From assembly GCA_050246315.1 (NCBI GenBank), contig JBFWWG010000018.1, forward strand, positions 1 through 57,743: a DNA stretch of 57,743 nucleotides. Reading direction: 5' to 3'. The DNA comes from Nitrospiraceae bacterium (GTDB lineage Bacteria; Nitrospirota; Nitrospiria; Nitrospirales; Nitrospiraceae). Made by a program: the position numbers and the translations under genes. Below are positions 9,543 through 18,978 of this stretch, in pieces; positions within the stretch are counted from its first letter, which is position 1, and the number at the start of each line of letters is the position of its first letter. Under the pieces are notes generated by a model. The model was not told the DNA's origin. It ran no database searches and was given only the letters and a program-made list of their open reading frames with translations.

Positions 9543-10748
9543 TCAACAGCAGGTGTCGTTCGGATCGCAGGACACAGCCGTGCCGGAAACGGTCTGCCCA
9601 GCCCGATTGATGATTGCGAAATGGCGCCGATAGGGGGGCCTGTCTAGTACCGCGAGCGTTTTGGAACAAATTTCCAGTGGCACCCCGCGCCGGTATACAT
9701 GATGATCATCGTCGCACACTTCCTGAAACGGTCCGGTCAACAGGGCAAAGTGCCCCTTCCAGACGCAGGATAACGGCTCGGGCACGATTCCCGTGAGTCT
9801 CGAGTCCGGAGGGACGAGCGTGACCGGCTCCCCTGAAAGCAGAAAGCACGACTCGAAGGGAGCGGCGCGAAGCATCGCCCAGGTCGTCTCATCAATCGCC
9901 CGTGGAACACCGCGCATGAACGTTTGCCCGTGCTCGTCGATCACCTGCTTGAACGGTCCTCGAAGCGTGGCAAATCGAGAGATCTCGGAGCCTTGCCCGT
10001 GGGCCAGCTTGTAGCCGGTGAGCGTCAGCGAAAGAAAGTGAAGGCCATCGATAACCCGCCAGGGTGTGAAGGTGAGTTGATGCACGCCCACAAAGCCCGC
10101 CTCGACCAACCCGCCCAGGTAATCGGCAACGGTGAGCGCGCCAGACAGGCAGTCTCCCCATTTGGCTGTATCGTGGATCAGGTATTGCGGCACGACCTGA
10201 TCCGAAACGATATCGGAGATCGTGAATCGTCCTCCAGGCTTGATCACCCGGAACATTTCCCGGAACACCGTTCGTTTGTCCGGTGTGAGGTTGATCACGC
10301 AATTCGAAATGACCAGATCGACGGTGGCGTCTTCAACCGGCATCGCATCCGCCATGCCCTTGCGGAATTCCACGTTCGGCGCGGCATAACCCAAATTCTT
10401 CGCGACGATCGGCGCGTTTCGCCTGGCGATCTCCAGCATCTGGTCGGTCATGTCGAGGCCAACCACGTGGCCGGATGGTCCGACCAATCGCGAGGCTTCG
10501 AAGCAATCGATCCCACCGCCGGAGCCGATGTCCAAGACGGTTTCCCCGGGGGCGACCGTCTTGAGGCCGGCGGGAGTTCCGCAACCATAAGAGATGTTCA
10601 GCACGTCTTCCGGGATGAAGGTCTTAAGATCGGCAAAATCGTAGCCGGTGGGGCAGCACATTTGTTCACCCGCCACCACCGCCCGTGCGTATCGCTCATT
10701 GACCTGTTGGGTGATATCGTCTGTCGGCATGGCTGTCCTTGTCATCAC
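9543..10748 (-). CDS. arsM: Arsenite methyltransferase-like SAM-dependent methyltransferase with C-terminal extension
   Basis: SYGCGTP, LDIGSGGGIDC, VISNCVINL, WGDCLSGA motifs; Cys-rich C-terminus. Confidence 0.8.
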   Translation of the reverse strand: MMTRTAMPTDDITQQVNERYARAVVAGEQMCCPTGYDFADLKTFIPEDVLNISYGCGTPAGLKTVAPGETVLDIGSGGGIDCFEASRLVGPSGHVVGLDMTDQMLEIARRNAPIVAKNLGYAAPNVEFRKGMADAMPVEDATVDLVISNCVINLTPDKRTVFREMFRVIKPGGRFTISDIVSDQVVPQYLIHDTAKWGDCLSGALTVADYLGGLVEAGFVGVHQLTFTPWRVIDGLHFLSLTLTGYKLAHGQGSEISRFATLRGPFKQVIDEHGQTFMRGVPRAIDETTWAMLRAAPFESCFLLSGEPVTLVPPDSRLTGIVPEPLSCVWKGHFALLTGPFQEVCDDDHHVYRRGVPLEICSKTLAVLDRPPYRRHFAIINRAGQTVSGTAVSCDPNDTCC

Positions 10749-11203
10749 ATAGAGGAAGGGATCTGTGTCTATGTATCAACCGCCTGCCGCTCCGTCAAGC
10801 TGTCGGTCTGAGACTGTACGAGCAGGCTGTTTCTATGGACTCCCGAAAAAGTCTTCGAGTACCCGTGAATGCCGATACGATGAGGGACCACGGATGATCT
10901 CAGAACCCCGTGCAGGATGGTCAATAAGCCCGCCATCTCACCCGCCCACCCCGTCGTCTTTGTCTCATCCGCCCGCCCCTCAATCGCTCCGCAATCGATC
11001 TCCAAGAACGCGCCTCTCCGCGGGCGCGGCCGCAACAAGTGAAGAGGCGAAGAGCTACATCCTAAGCTTCGCTTGATCCGCTGGCCTCTTTTTCGTCGAC
11101 TCCTATTTGTGGCCAGCGGAAAAAGTCGGCCGTCGTCTTCATGTCCAATACACACGAAGTGTGGCATGGCGGGCGGGCTCGCCGCGCCTGGATTGGATTA
11201 CTG

Positions 11204-11280
11204 GGCGACAGCCAGGTACCCATTACGGCTAGACTGCCATGGGTGGAGCGCGACGAACCGTCATGAACCATACGTGCTGA
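11204..11280 (+). repeat. Partial copy of a MITE-like repeat (family also at 52886-53045 and 48338-48363)
   Basis: GGCGACAGCCAGGTACCC...ATGGGTGGAGCGCGACGAACCGTCATGAA aligns with 52969-53045. Confidence 0.7.
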
Positions 11281-11434
11281 GGCATGGCGACTGAGGCCGG
11301 TGATCGAATAGGACCATTCCGTGCCAGGCGATTCACGTCCGCAGTTGGCCCACGCAATAGCATATAGGTTGAACACCCTCCTATCCATCTCCAATCCAGC
11401 AATTCTATAATCCCGCTCCGAGGAGTAGTCGGAC

Positions 11435-12364
11435 ATGGGCGGCGAGCCGATAGCCGGGGTGATCGGGGCCATCGAGGAAGCTGTCGAGGAGTACTGCGAG
11501 TCCTGTCGCAGGCGCGTCGAACCGTTCGTTGAACGCCAGTTCTCACTTGGCGCCGTCGTGGCGCGGCAACGCGCCTCGCTCTTCGCCGACCTGCTGTGCT
11601 ATCCGCTCAACGCGCTATGGGCGGTCCCCTATCTCGCTGCCAGAAAAGCGATCGAATCACTCGACAAGGTCGGGTGGAGCGTCTGCACGCCGCTCTTCGA
11701 GCGTGTGCCTTCCGGGCTGAAGACCCGCTACCAACGAGAAACCGAACGACTGATCTATCAGGAGCTGCTCCAGTGGCCGTATGACATGGACTCTCGGCAG
11801 GACGGAACGCACGCCTTCGCGGAAGCACTGAACGCACGACCCTCGCTCCAGCCTCTCGCCCAGGCGATCCGAACGAGCCCAACGGCCGACGGGGTCCATC
11901 GCGAGGTGCGTCGTCTGGTAGATGGGTACTCGTCGGCGCGCGCATTGGTCTCCGATCTGGCCGGGTCCGTCGGGACCGTCGTGGTCGGGTGGATGTTGTT
12001 CAAGGATCGGACCCTGGGGCTCCTCGGGATCGGCGAGCGATTGGCCCGCGAGCGGGCCCGGGACACCGCCGTCTCGCAGTTTGTGTTCGGAAAGAGCTTG
12101 GGGGCGACCTGGTACCGATTGTTTCCGCCTGAGCCCTCCGCATCCGACGTCGCCATGGCCACCGTGCTGATCGGTGCGATGATAACGGCACTCTGTTTGG
12201 TGGCCGGTGTGGGCAGTGATCCGCTCGGCAAGGCGGTCGGCCTTCAGAAAGGGAAACTGCACAGCCTGATCAATGACCTGGAGCACCGTCTGCGGGCGAC
12301 CCTGATCAGAACGCTCAAGGAAACCGGGCAAGGGCCAGGCGCGCCGGCTCGGATGGATCGATGA
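11435..12364 (+). CDS. Hypothetical membrane protein (DUF6635-like)
   Basis: 309-aa ORF with RBS GAGGAG, hydrophobic segments and SDPLG motif; ATGA overlap with the next gene. Confidence 0.65.
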   Translation: MGGEPIAGVIGAIEEAVEEYCESCRRRVEPFVERQFSLGAVVARQRASLFADLLCYPLNALWAVPYLAARKAIESLDKVGWSVCTPLFERVPSGLKTRYQRETERLIYQELLQWPYDMDSRQDGTHAFAEALNARPSLQPLAQAIRTSPTADGVHREVRRLVDGYSSARALVSDLAGSVGTVVVGWMLFKDRTLGLLGIGERLARERARDTAVSQFVFGKSLGATWYRLFPPEPSASDVAMATVLIGAMITALCLVAGVGSDPLGKAVGLQKGKLHSLINDLEHRLRATLIRTLKETGQGPGAPARMDR

Positions 12365-13593
12365 GCCTGTTGATGTCGTACAGACTGAGGGCATTGTTGG
12401 GCGGAGTCGCGCGTGGTGCCGGGGTAGTCGCCGTGCTGTTGGTAAGCGGCAGTTGCGAAACCATGCGGCAGGTGGGGAAGTCGATCGACCGAGTGGCCAA
12501 GGGGCGGGCCGTCGACACGAAAAGCATCGGGTCGGCCATGTCGCGCGACGCGAATCAAATCGGCAAGGAGTTGCAGAGGCTGAAGCGGGAGTTCGACAAG
12601 ACCGTGGCCAAGTTGAAGGGCGACATCCAGCAGAAGTGGGGACAGCAGGAAGTGAAGGTGGCGAATCGGACGGTCTACGTGAAGTACACGGAGAACTATC
12701 GCAGCCGGGCGGTCGTGGACTTCGACAAGGGGACCGTGACGGTCGAGTCGTTGGATGAAAAGGATCCGCAGGGCAGCCTGAAGGCCGCCATCGTCTCGAC
12801 GCTGCTGACCACGAGCGATCCGCAGGGCGTCGACCTGTTTTCAGATCGAGACGTGGCGCTGGCTAATGGGCGCCAGCCCTATCTCTATGGATTGATTCTG
12901 GACGACGACGCGAAGCCGGTGCAGACGCGGGAGCAGGCGGAACGATTGGCGGCCTCACTGGTGCGGACACAGATGAAGACGCGCACCGTCCAGACCGAGA
13001 AGGGGAGCAAGTCCGCCCATTACGTGAAGGTGCCGATGGTGTCGAATTTCGAGACGAAGAAAGCCGAGCGATACCGCGTGTATGTGATGCGCTATGCGGA
13101 GCAATACAAGATCAGTCCCAGCCTGGTCTACGCCATCATTCGCACGGAGAGCAACTTCAATCCGTTCGCGGTCAGTTCGGCGCCTGCCTACGGATTGATG
13201 CAGTTGGTCCCGAGCAGCGGCGGCCGGGCTGCATACAAGCGCGCCAAAGGGAGCGACCAGATGCCCACTCCGGATTACCTCTTTGATCCGGAGCGCAATA
13301 TCGAGCTGGGCACGGCGTACCTGAACGTGTTGAGCTACAACGAGATGGAGAAGATCGCAAACCCCGTCTCTCGGGACTATTGCGTCATCTCGGCCTATAA
13401 CACCGGTCCGGGGAACGTGCTCAGGACATTTTCCAAAAACCAGGTGACGGCGGTTAATGAGATCAACGCGATGGAGCCGCCGGCCCTTTACGAACGGTTG
13501 CGCAGCTCGCTGCCCTACGACGAAACCCGCCAGTACCTGACCAAGGTCGTCGGCTATCGCAAACAGTTCGTGGCCGTCGCGCCTGAGCGGTGA
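12361..13593 (+). CDS. mltC: Membrane-bound lytic murein transglycosylase C-like (DUF3393 plus SLT)
   Basis: YVKYTENYRSRAVVDF, IIRTESNFNPFAVS, GLMQL, AYNTG, ETRQY; lipoprotein-like signal. Confidence 0.85.
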   Translation: MSLLMSYRLRALLGGVARGAGVVAVLLVSGSCETMRQVGKSIDRVAKGRAVDTKSIGSAMSRDANQIGKELQRLKREFDKTVAKLKGDIQQKWGQQEVKVANRTVYVKYTENYRSRAVVDFDKGTVTVESLDEKDPQGSLKAAIVSTLLTTSDPQGVDLFSDRDVALANGRQPYLYGLILDDDAKPVQTREQAERLAASLVRTQMKTRTVQTEKGSKSAHYVKVPMVSNFETKKAERYRVYVMRYAEQYKISPSLVYAIIRTESNFNPFAVSSAPAYGLMQLVPSSGGRAAYKRAKGSDQMPTPDYLFDPERNIELGTAYLNVLSYNEMEKIANPVSRDYCVISAYNTGPGNVLRTFSKNQVTAVNEINAMEPPALYERLRSSLPYDETRQYLTKVVGYRKQFVAVAPER

Positions 13594-13773
13594 TGCCGGG
13601 CGACCGCCACGGTGTCGGGTCTGTTCCCGCCTATCTCTCTTGTCGAACCTTCGGCATGAAGCCGCCGGCGCCCGGCTGCGCCGGACTGTCCCCGTGCTGC
13701 AAGACGTGTCCAGGCCAAGTCAACGATCCGTTGCCGCAGCAGGTCGCGGACCGAGTACCGAATCGTGTCTCGC

Positions 13774-13875
13774 AACGCGATGCTCGGCCAGTTTCGAGAG
13801 CAGGGCTGGATTGAGACAGGCAGTCGTACCATCACGATCCTCAAGTCGGAAGCGCTGCCTCGGCTGGTGTCGTAA
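13774..13875 (+). pseudogene. Stranded C-terminal fragment of a Crp/Fnr-family regulator
   Basis: NAMLGQFREQGWIETGSRTITILKSEALPRLVS* resembles the Crp HTH/wing end; no upstream body. Confidence 0.5.
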
Positions 13876-14081
13876 TCCTGGTCCGTCGCGACGACGACCC
13901 TTGCGGGTGGTGGGCGCCCAAAGATGTGATCGGCGGCACGACCGGTTGACCGTAGCGCGCCCCCGATGAGAAGAAATGAGCTCTGAAGTCGCCGCCGTCC
14001 CTTGCTCTTGACAGGCAACAAGCCGTCCAAGGAAACTAGCCCTCGACCAGCCTCACCTTCCGACCCTCACCGGGACGTGGA

Positions 14082-15422
14082 ATGGCCACTCAGGATTCGC
14101 ACAGCGGCCCTGCGGCCTCCGATCCCTCGTCTTCCGGGCGCGAGGTGCTTCTCACCTGCATTGCCGGCCCTGACCGTGGCAAACGCTTCGTCATTCGGCC
14201 CCAGCCGGTGCTGCTCGGACAGTCGGCGCAATGCGATGTGCTGAGCGACGATCCCGATGTCGGCCAACGGCATGCCAGATTTTGGGCGGAGGGCCACCAG
14301 GCCCGCTTCCAACCCGTAGACGAAGCGTCGGTGTTTGTCGATGGGCACCGCGTCCAAGACGCCTTGGTGCTGCCCCAACAACAGATCAGAATCGGCCGTT
14401 CCATCTGGCAATGTGGAGACGGCCGTCCCCAGACCGGCATGCGATTCGACGGCTGGCTCGACGACCTCAGCGGCCGCATCAGTTCCGTGGCCGGCGTCGA
14501 GCGGATCGAGGGCTTCAGCGCGCGGGACATGTTCTCCGAGGTGCTCCGGTCGAGGACCGACGAGGAGGTGGAAGAATACTTCACGGTCGGCACACCGGCC
14601 ACGACCCCGCCGCTCGAACAGGTAGAGACCAACTGGCCCAAGCCTTGGGTGTTCTTCAAGACGTTCACCCTGTCGGTCATGGTGTATCTGGCCTTTGTAT
14701 TTGCGATGAAGGAATTCAACAATCCGAAATTGATCCCGGGCCTCATCATGACCGGTGCCTTTCTCATCCCGGTCTCCGTGTTGATTTTCTTCTTCGAGAT
14801 GAACGTGGTGCGCAACGTCTCGCTCTACCAGGTCGTCAAGCTGGTGTTGCTGGGCGGCGTGATCTCGTTGATTCTCTCCCTCTTCCTGTTCAAATGGACG
14901 GACCTCAGCAGTTGGCTCGGCGCGATGAGCGCCGGCATCGTGGAGGAAGTCGGCAAGGCGGCGGCCCTCTTGCTGGTGGTGAACAACCTTAAGTATCGCT
15001 GGACGCTCAACGGCCTCCTGTTCGGGGCAGCCGTCGGCACGGGGTTCTCGGCATTCGAATCGGCGGGCTACGCGCTCCTGTCCGGCCTCAATTACGGCCA
15101 AGAGGCCATGCTGGACATCATTACCCTGCGGGGGCTGCTGAGCATGCTGGGCCTCCATGTCATCTGGACCTCGATGGTCGGAGGCGCCCTGTGGCGCGTG
15201 CGCGGGGCAACGGCCTTCAGCGTCGAGATGGTACGCGATCCGCGCTTTGTGCGAATTGTCGCTCTGGCAATGGTGTTGCACATGATCTGGAACGCGCCGT
15301 TCACCCTGCCGTTTTATCTGAAGTACCTCGCGCTCGGATTCGTGGCCTGGGTCGTGAACCTCGGACTAATCCAGGTGGGGCTCAAGGAAGTGCGCGCCGC
15401 GCAGGGCCGGGTGGCGGGCTAG
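14082..15422 (+). CDS. FHA-domain PrsW-family intramembrane glutamic protease
   Basis: N-terminal FHA-like region (GPDRGKRF...RHARF...IRIG); PrsW motifs EEVGK, GFSAFES, HVIWT, HMIWN; multiple TMs. Confidence 0.85.
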   Translation: MATQDSHSGPAASDPSSSGREVLLTCIAGPDRGKRFVIRPQPVLLGQSAQCDVLSDDPDVGQRHARFWAEGHQARFQPVDEASVFVDGHRVQDALVLPQQQIRIGRSIWQCGDGRPQTGMRFDGWLDDLSGRISSVAGVERIEGFSARDMFSEVLRSRTDEEVEEYFTVGTPATTPPLEQVETNWPKPWVFFKTFTLSVMVYLAFVFAMKEFNNPKLIPGLIMTGAFLIPVSVLIFFFEMNVVRNVSLYQVVKLVLLGGVISLILSLFLFKWTDLSSWLGAMSAGIVEEVGKAAALLLVVNNLKYRWTLNGLLFGAAVGTGFSAFESAGYALLSGLNYGQEAMLDIITLRGLLSMLGLHVIWTSMVGGALWRVRGATAFSVEMVRDPRFVRIVALAMVLHMIWNAPFTLPFYLKYLALGFVAWVVNLGLIQVGLKEVRAAQGRVAG

Positions 15423-15552
15423 GGAAAATAGCAGGCCCGAGCACTCATGCACGATGACGACCAGAGCCATCCGCTTTCCCCGTTTTCAGGGCACGGCATG
15501 GCCAGGCGACCGTCACCTACGCGCTGGCCAATACGAACCGATACGAAACGAG

Positions 15553-16794
15553 TCAATGACAACTCGCGTCGTACCACCTTCCCCCCGCGACGCTGCATGA
15601 GTCCGGGGTACGGGCGTCGTCCTTTGCTCTCTGCGCTGCGGCTTGCGCTGCAAGGAATTCCGCCTCGTTCCTGTCAAACTCTTTGGCCTTCTGTCGGATA
15701 TACGCGATGCGTTCGCCACTATTGCGGAACACGACGCCGACCGGATCAGCCGGACATCTGAGCCCGCGTATTTCATTCCGTTCATACTGGTCCCGAAACC
15801 CGATGCAATTCGTCCAGTCGCTGAGCCAACGAGCCCAGTACGCACCCTTGGGATGACCCAACCGGTCGGCTTTCTTGAACCACTCGATAGCGGTTGCGCG
15901 ATTTTGCGGTACCGCCATGCCGAACTCGTACATGCGGCCCACCGCGAATGCCGAGTCTTGATAGGTCTCGGCTCCTTTGGAATAGAGACGAAACGCTTCA
16001 GCCCAATTTTCCGGAACGCCCTTTCCGAGTTCGTAGAGCAATCCAAGGGTTTTCTGGCCGATGGGATTGCCCTGGTCGGCAGATTTCTTGTACCAGTAGG
16101 CCGCCTGTTTCTCGTTCTTGGGCACACCTTCGCCGAACTCGTAGAGTTGACCGATAGCAAGCTGGCAATCGTCGTTCCCCATATCCGCGCATTGTTGATA
16201 CAGTTTCGCTGCCTTGTCGAATTGCTTTTGCTTGTACAGCCGGTAGGCTTCCGCCTTGATGGTCATTCCAGGCCTGCTGTCGGTCCGATCCTTCTCTCGC
16301 TTCTCGATAAAGGCGGGAGCAGCCTTGTCGCCCATCTCCACCGCTTTCTTGAGAAGCTCGTCCGACTTGGCTTCATCGTGCGGCACGCCGGTTCCGAGGT
16401 GATACAGATTCGCCAGTCGGCGCGCCGCGGCCGCGTTGCCGTTGTCGATGCCCTTTTGATACCACTTGGCGGCGGCCGTCGCATCCTCCTTCACGCCGCT
16501 TCCCTGTTCATAGAGAATCCCGAGCACGAGCGGGGCGCGCATGTGGCCGGCATTGGCCGCCTGTTCCAACCACGGAATCGCTTCCTTGTACTGGCGCGAC
16601 ACGTAGAGTTTGATCGCCCCGGCGCAGAACATGGATTGCACATCGCCGGCCTTGGCCTTGGCGATATGGTCCGTGAGGGCGATGCCGGCCGGCGCCTTGT
16701 GCAGGCACTCCGTGTCAAGAAAACTCTCGGCTGCATGGACGAGGTTCGCAGACAGTCCCAACAAGGGGAGAATGACCAGTAGAAACATACGCAT
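15553..16794 (-). CDS. Secreted Sel1-like repeat (SLR) protein
   Basis: Signal peptide MRMFLLVILPLLG; repeated LGxLYExGxGVxxxxxxAxxWYxKxADxG. Confidence 0.9.
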   Translation of the reverse strand: MRMFLLVILPLLGLSANLVHAAESFLDTECLHKAPAGIALTDHIAKAKAGDVQSMFCAGAIKLYVSRQYKEAIPWLEQAANAGHMRAPLVLGILYEQGSGVKEDATAAAKWYQKGIDNGNAAAARRLANLYHLGTGVPHDEAKSDELLKKAVEMGDKAAPAFIEKREKDRTDSRPGMTIKAEAYRLYKQKQFDKAAKLYQQCADMGNDDCQLAIGQLYEFGEGVPKNEKQAAYWYKKSADQGNPIGQKTLGLLYELGKGVPENWAEAFRLYSKGAETYQDSAFAVGRMYEFGMAVPQNRATAIEWFKKADRLGHPKGAYWARWLSDWTNCIGFRDQYERNEIRGLRCPADPVGVVFRNSGERIAYIRQKAKEFDRNEAEFLAAQAAAQRAKDDARTPDSCSVAGGRWYDASCH

Positions 16795-17211
16795 GTCGAA
16801 TAGGCGCAGAGCGTCAATGGATAGGCGGCGAAAAGCATTCTGATCCGCGGAGAACACCTTGGTCAAATCATTCCTTGCCGGGATAGACTTGACCGGCCGC
16901 CGCTTCAATTCGCGAAACCCCTCCAAAGTATTGGTTTGTAGTCTGTAGTTGTAGGTACTATATTGTAATCGACTCGGACCGGAAAGCATACTTCACGCCA
17001 CTTTTCCATGAAACCCTGCCGAGGTGAGAGGTGGCCCTCATGCATCTCGATCACATCCACTGCTTGTTCAACCTCCTTTCTTCCGGACGACGATCCTCGA
17101 AGGTTTCGGCAGCAGTACTCGTGGGATGATGCCTGAACCTGTGGACCGGAAATACGGCATCCGACTCGCGTTCAATCACCCGAGTCGATTTCAATCAGGA
17201 GGTATTCAATC

Positions 17212-18969
17212 ATGAACTGCGTACGGCTTGCAGCTTCTCTGATCGCGATGACCGTAATGCCGTTCTTGTGCATTGGGAAAGCAGACGCCAGATTTGATCC
17301 CTATTTCAGCGACCCGAATACCACCTTCTTTGGCAAATTGATCATTCTGAACGATGAACTAAACGCTGCCGGCGGGGAGGAGCGCGGGATTCAACAAACC
17401 CTGTTCCTTGAAGCAGCTCTGCAGCCTTTTGATCTACGTGGCAGTCGGCCAACTCCCACCAATCGTGTTTCACTACAACCGTCCAACCTTCCAACAGCGA
17501 GTGGGAGCGGCACAAACTTAAGCCGTGGTGGGTCTTGCGCCGTCGGGTATCAAGACAGCGGCTTCTTCACGGTTATTCACGCCTTTCGCTGGACGCAGGC
17601 GACCGGGCCAGTCGACCTGGGCACGCTCGATCTGCCGAACAACGCCAGCCGCAGTTCCTTCGCCATTGATACAAACCAGGATTGCTCCGTGGTCGTCGGC
17701 TATTCGGATATCACCGCAGGCGGCCCCACACAGCATGCGTTCCGGTGGACGTCGGGCGGCATGGTGGACCTTGGCGTGCCGAGCGGCGGCGGTCCGATCT
17801 CCCGCGCCTTGGGCGTCAGCAGTAACGGCACGGTGATCGTGGGCGATGCGGATTTTCCCGGAGCCGGCGGATTTCCCCGTCGAGGAGCATTTCGGTGGAC
17901 CACCGGCGGCTTCCAGGATCTTGGCTCTCTGCAACCGAACCAGCTTGCCTTGGCCACCGCCCTGTCGGGTGACGGTGCAGTCGTTGTGGGTTGGAGCGGC
18001 AGCACGACCAGCTCACGCGCCTTTCGATGGACAACCCAGACGCAAACTATGGCGCCGATCGGGCCGCTCCCGGGCCATGCCACTGCGGCTGCCACCGGCG
18101 TCAGCGATAACGGCAAGATCGTCGTCGGCATCTCCCATCAGGATTTTCTTCAGTATCGGGGAGTCACCCTCGGGTGGAACAATGGCACCGCCTTCCGCTG
18201 GACCCAGGCCAAAGGCATCCAGGACTTGCGGCAAATTCTTATCGACAACGGGGCGGACATGACCGGGATCGCGTTGGTCTCCGTCACCGGTATGTCTCCG
18301 GACGGACAATGGATTCAAGGGAAGGCGACGACGCCTCAAACCGGCCCGAACGAAACCGTGGCCTTCATCGCCCAAGTCTGCGACGACGACCTCGGCGGTC
18401 CATGCAAGGCCCCTGGCGGTGGGACTGTGCCGTTCAGGCTCGGTGCCTCGCCCAATCAATTGACCGTGGCAGCCGGCCAAAGCGGGACGACGACCATCAC
18501 CGTCACGCCGGATGCCGGATTCACTCAGCCGGTGACGTTCGGTTGCGGCAACTTGCCGGTCGGCGCCAGTTGTGCGTTCAATCCCGCCACGGTGACGCCG
18601 GCGGGCGGACCGGTGAACACGACGCTCACGATCACGACCAACGGCGGAGCGGTGGCGCTGCTGTCGCCCGGCTCCTCGTCGACGATGTTTGCCTGGCTCC
18701 TGGCGCCGATTGGTCTGATCCCGATCGGCCTCCTTGCTCGCCGGCGCGGGACCGATCGCCGCCTCCTGAGCATCGCGGCAGCCGGTGTGATCACGTTGGC
18801 CCTGGTCGGCACCATGAGTTGCAGCAGCAGCGATTCGCCGCCGGCAACCAATTCCGGTGGAGGGACGCCAGCCACCGGAACCCCGGCCGGCACCTCGAAC
18901 GTAACCGTGACGGGCATGTCCGGCTCCAGTAGCACCGGCGTGCCGGTGACCTTGACCGTGACACGCTGA
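17212..18969 (+). CDS. HAF-repeat extracellular protein with Ig-like domain and C-terminal membrane anchor
   Basis: Repeated HAFRWT/xAFRWT...DLG...SxDGxVVVG units; C-terminal GFTQPVTFGCGNLPVGASCAFNP, two TM helices, TPAGTSNVTVT. Confidence 0.82.
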   Translation: MNCVRLAASLIAMTVMPFLCIGKADARFDPYFSDPNTTFFGKLIILNDELNAAGGEERGIQQTLFLEAALQPFDLRGSRPTPTNRVSLQPSNLPTASGSGTNLSRGGSCAVGYQDSGFFTVIHAFRWTQATGPVDLGTLDLPNNASRSSFAIDTNQDCSVVVGYSDITAGGPTQHAFRWTSGGMVDLGVPSGGGPISRALGVSSNGTVIVGDADFPGAGGFPRRGAFRWTTGGFQDLGSLQPNQLALATALSGDGAVVVGWSGSTTSSRAFRWTTQTQTMAPIGPLPGHATAAATGVSDNGKIVVGISHQDFLQYRGVTLGWNNGTAFRWTQAKGIQDLRQILIDNGADMTGIALVSVTGMSPDGQWIQGKATTPQTGPNETVAFIAQVCDDDLGGPCKAPGGGTVPFRLGASPNQLTVAAGQSGTTTITVTPDAGFTQPVTFGCGNLPVGASCAFNPATVTPAGGPVNTTLTITTNGGAVALLSPGSSSTMFAWLLAPIGLIPIGLLARRRGTDRRLLSIAAAGVITLALVGTMSCSSSDSPPATNSGGGTPATGTPAGTSNVTVTGMSGSSSTGVPVTLTVTR

Positions 18970-18978
18970 AAAAGGTGT

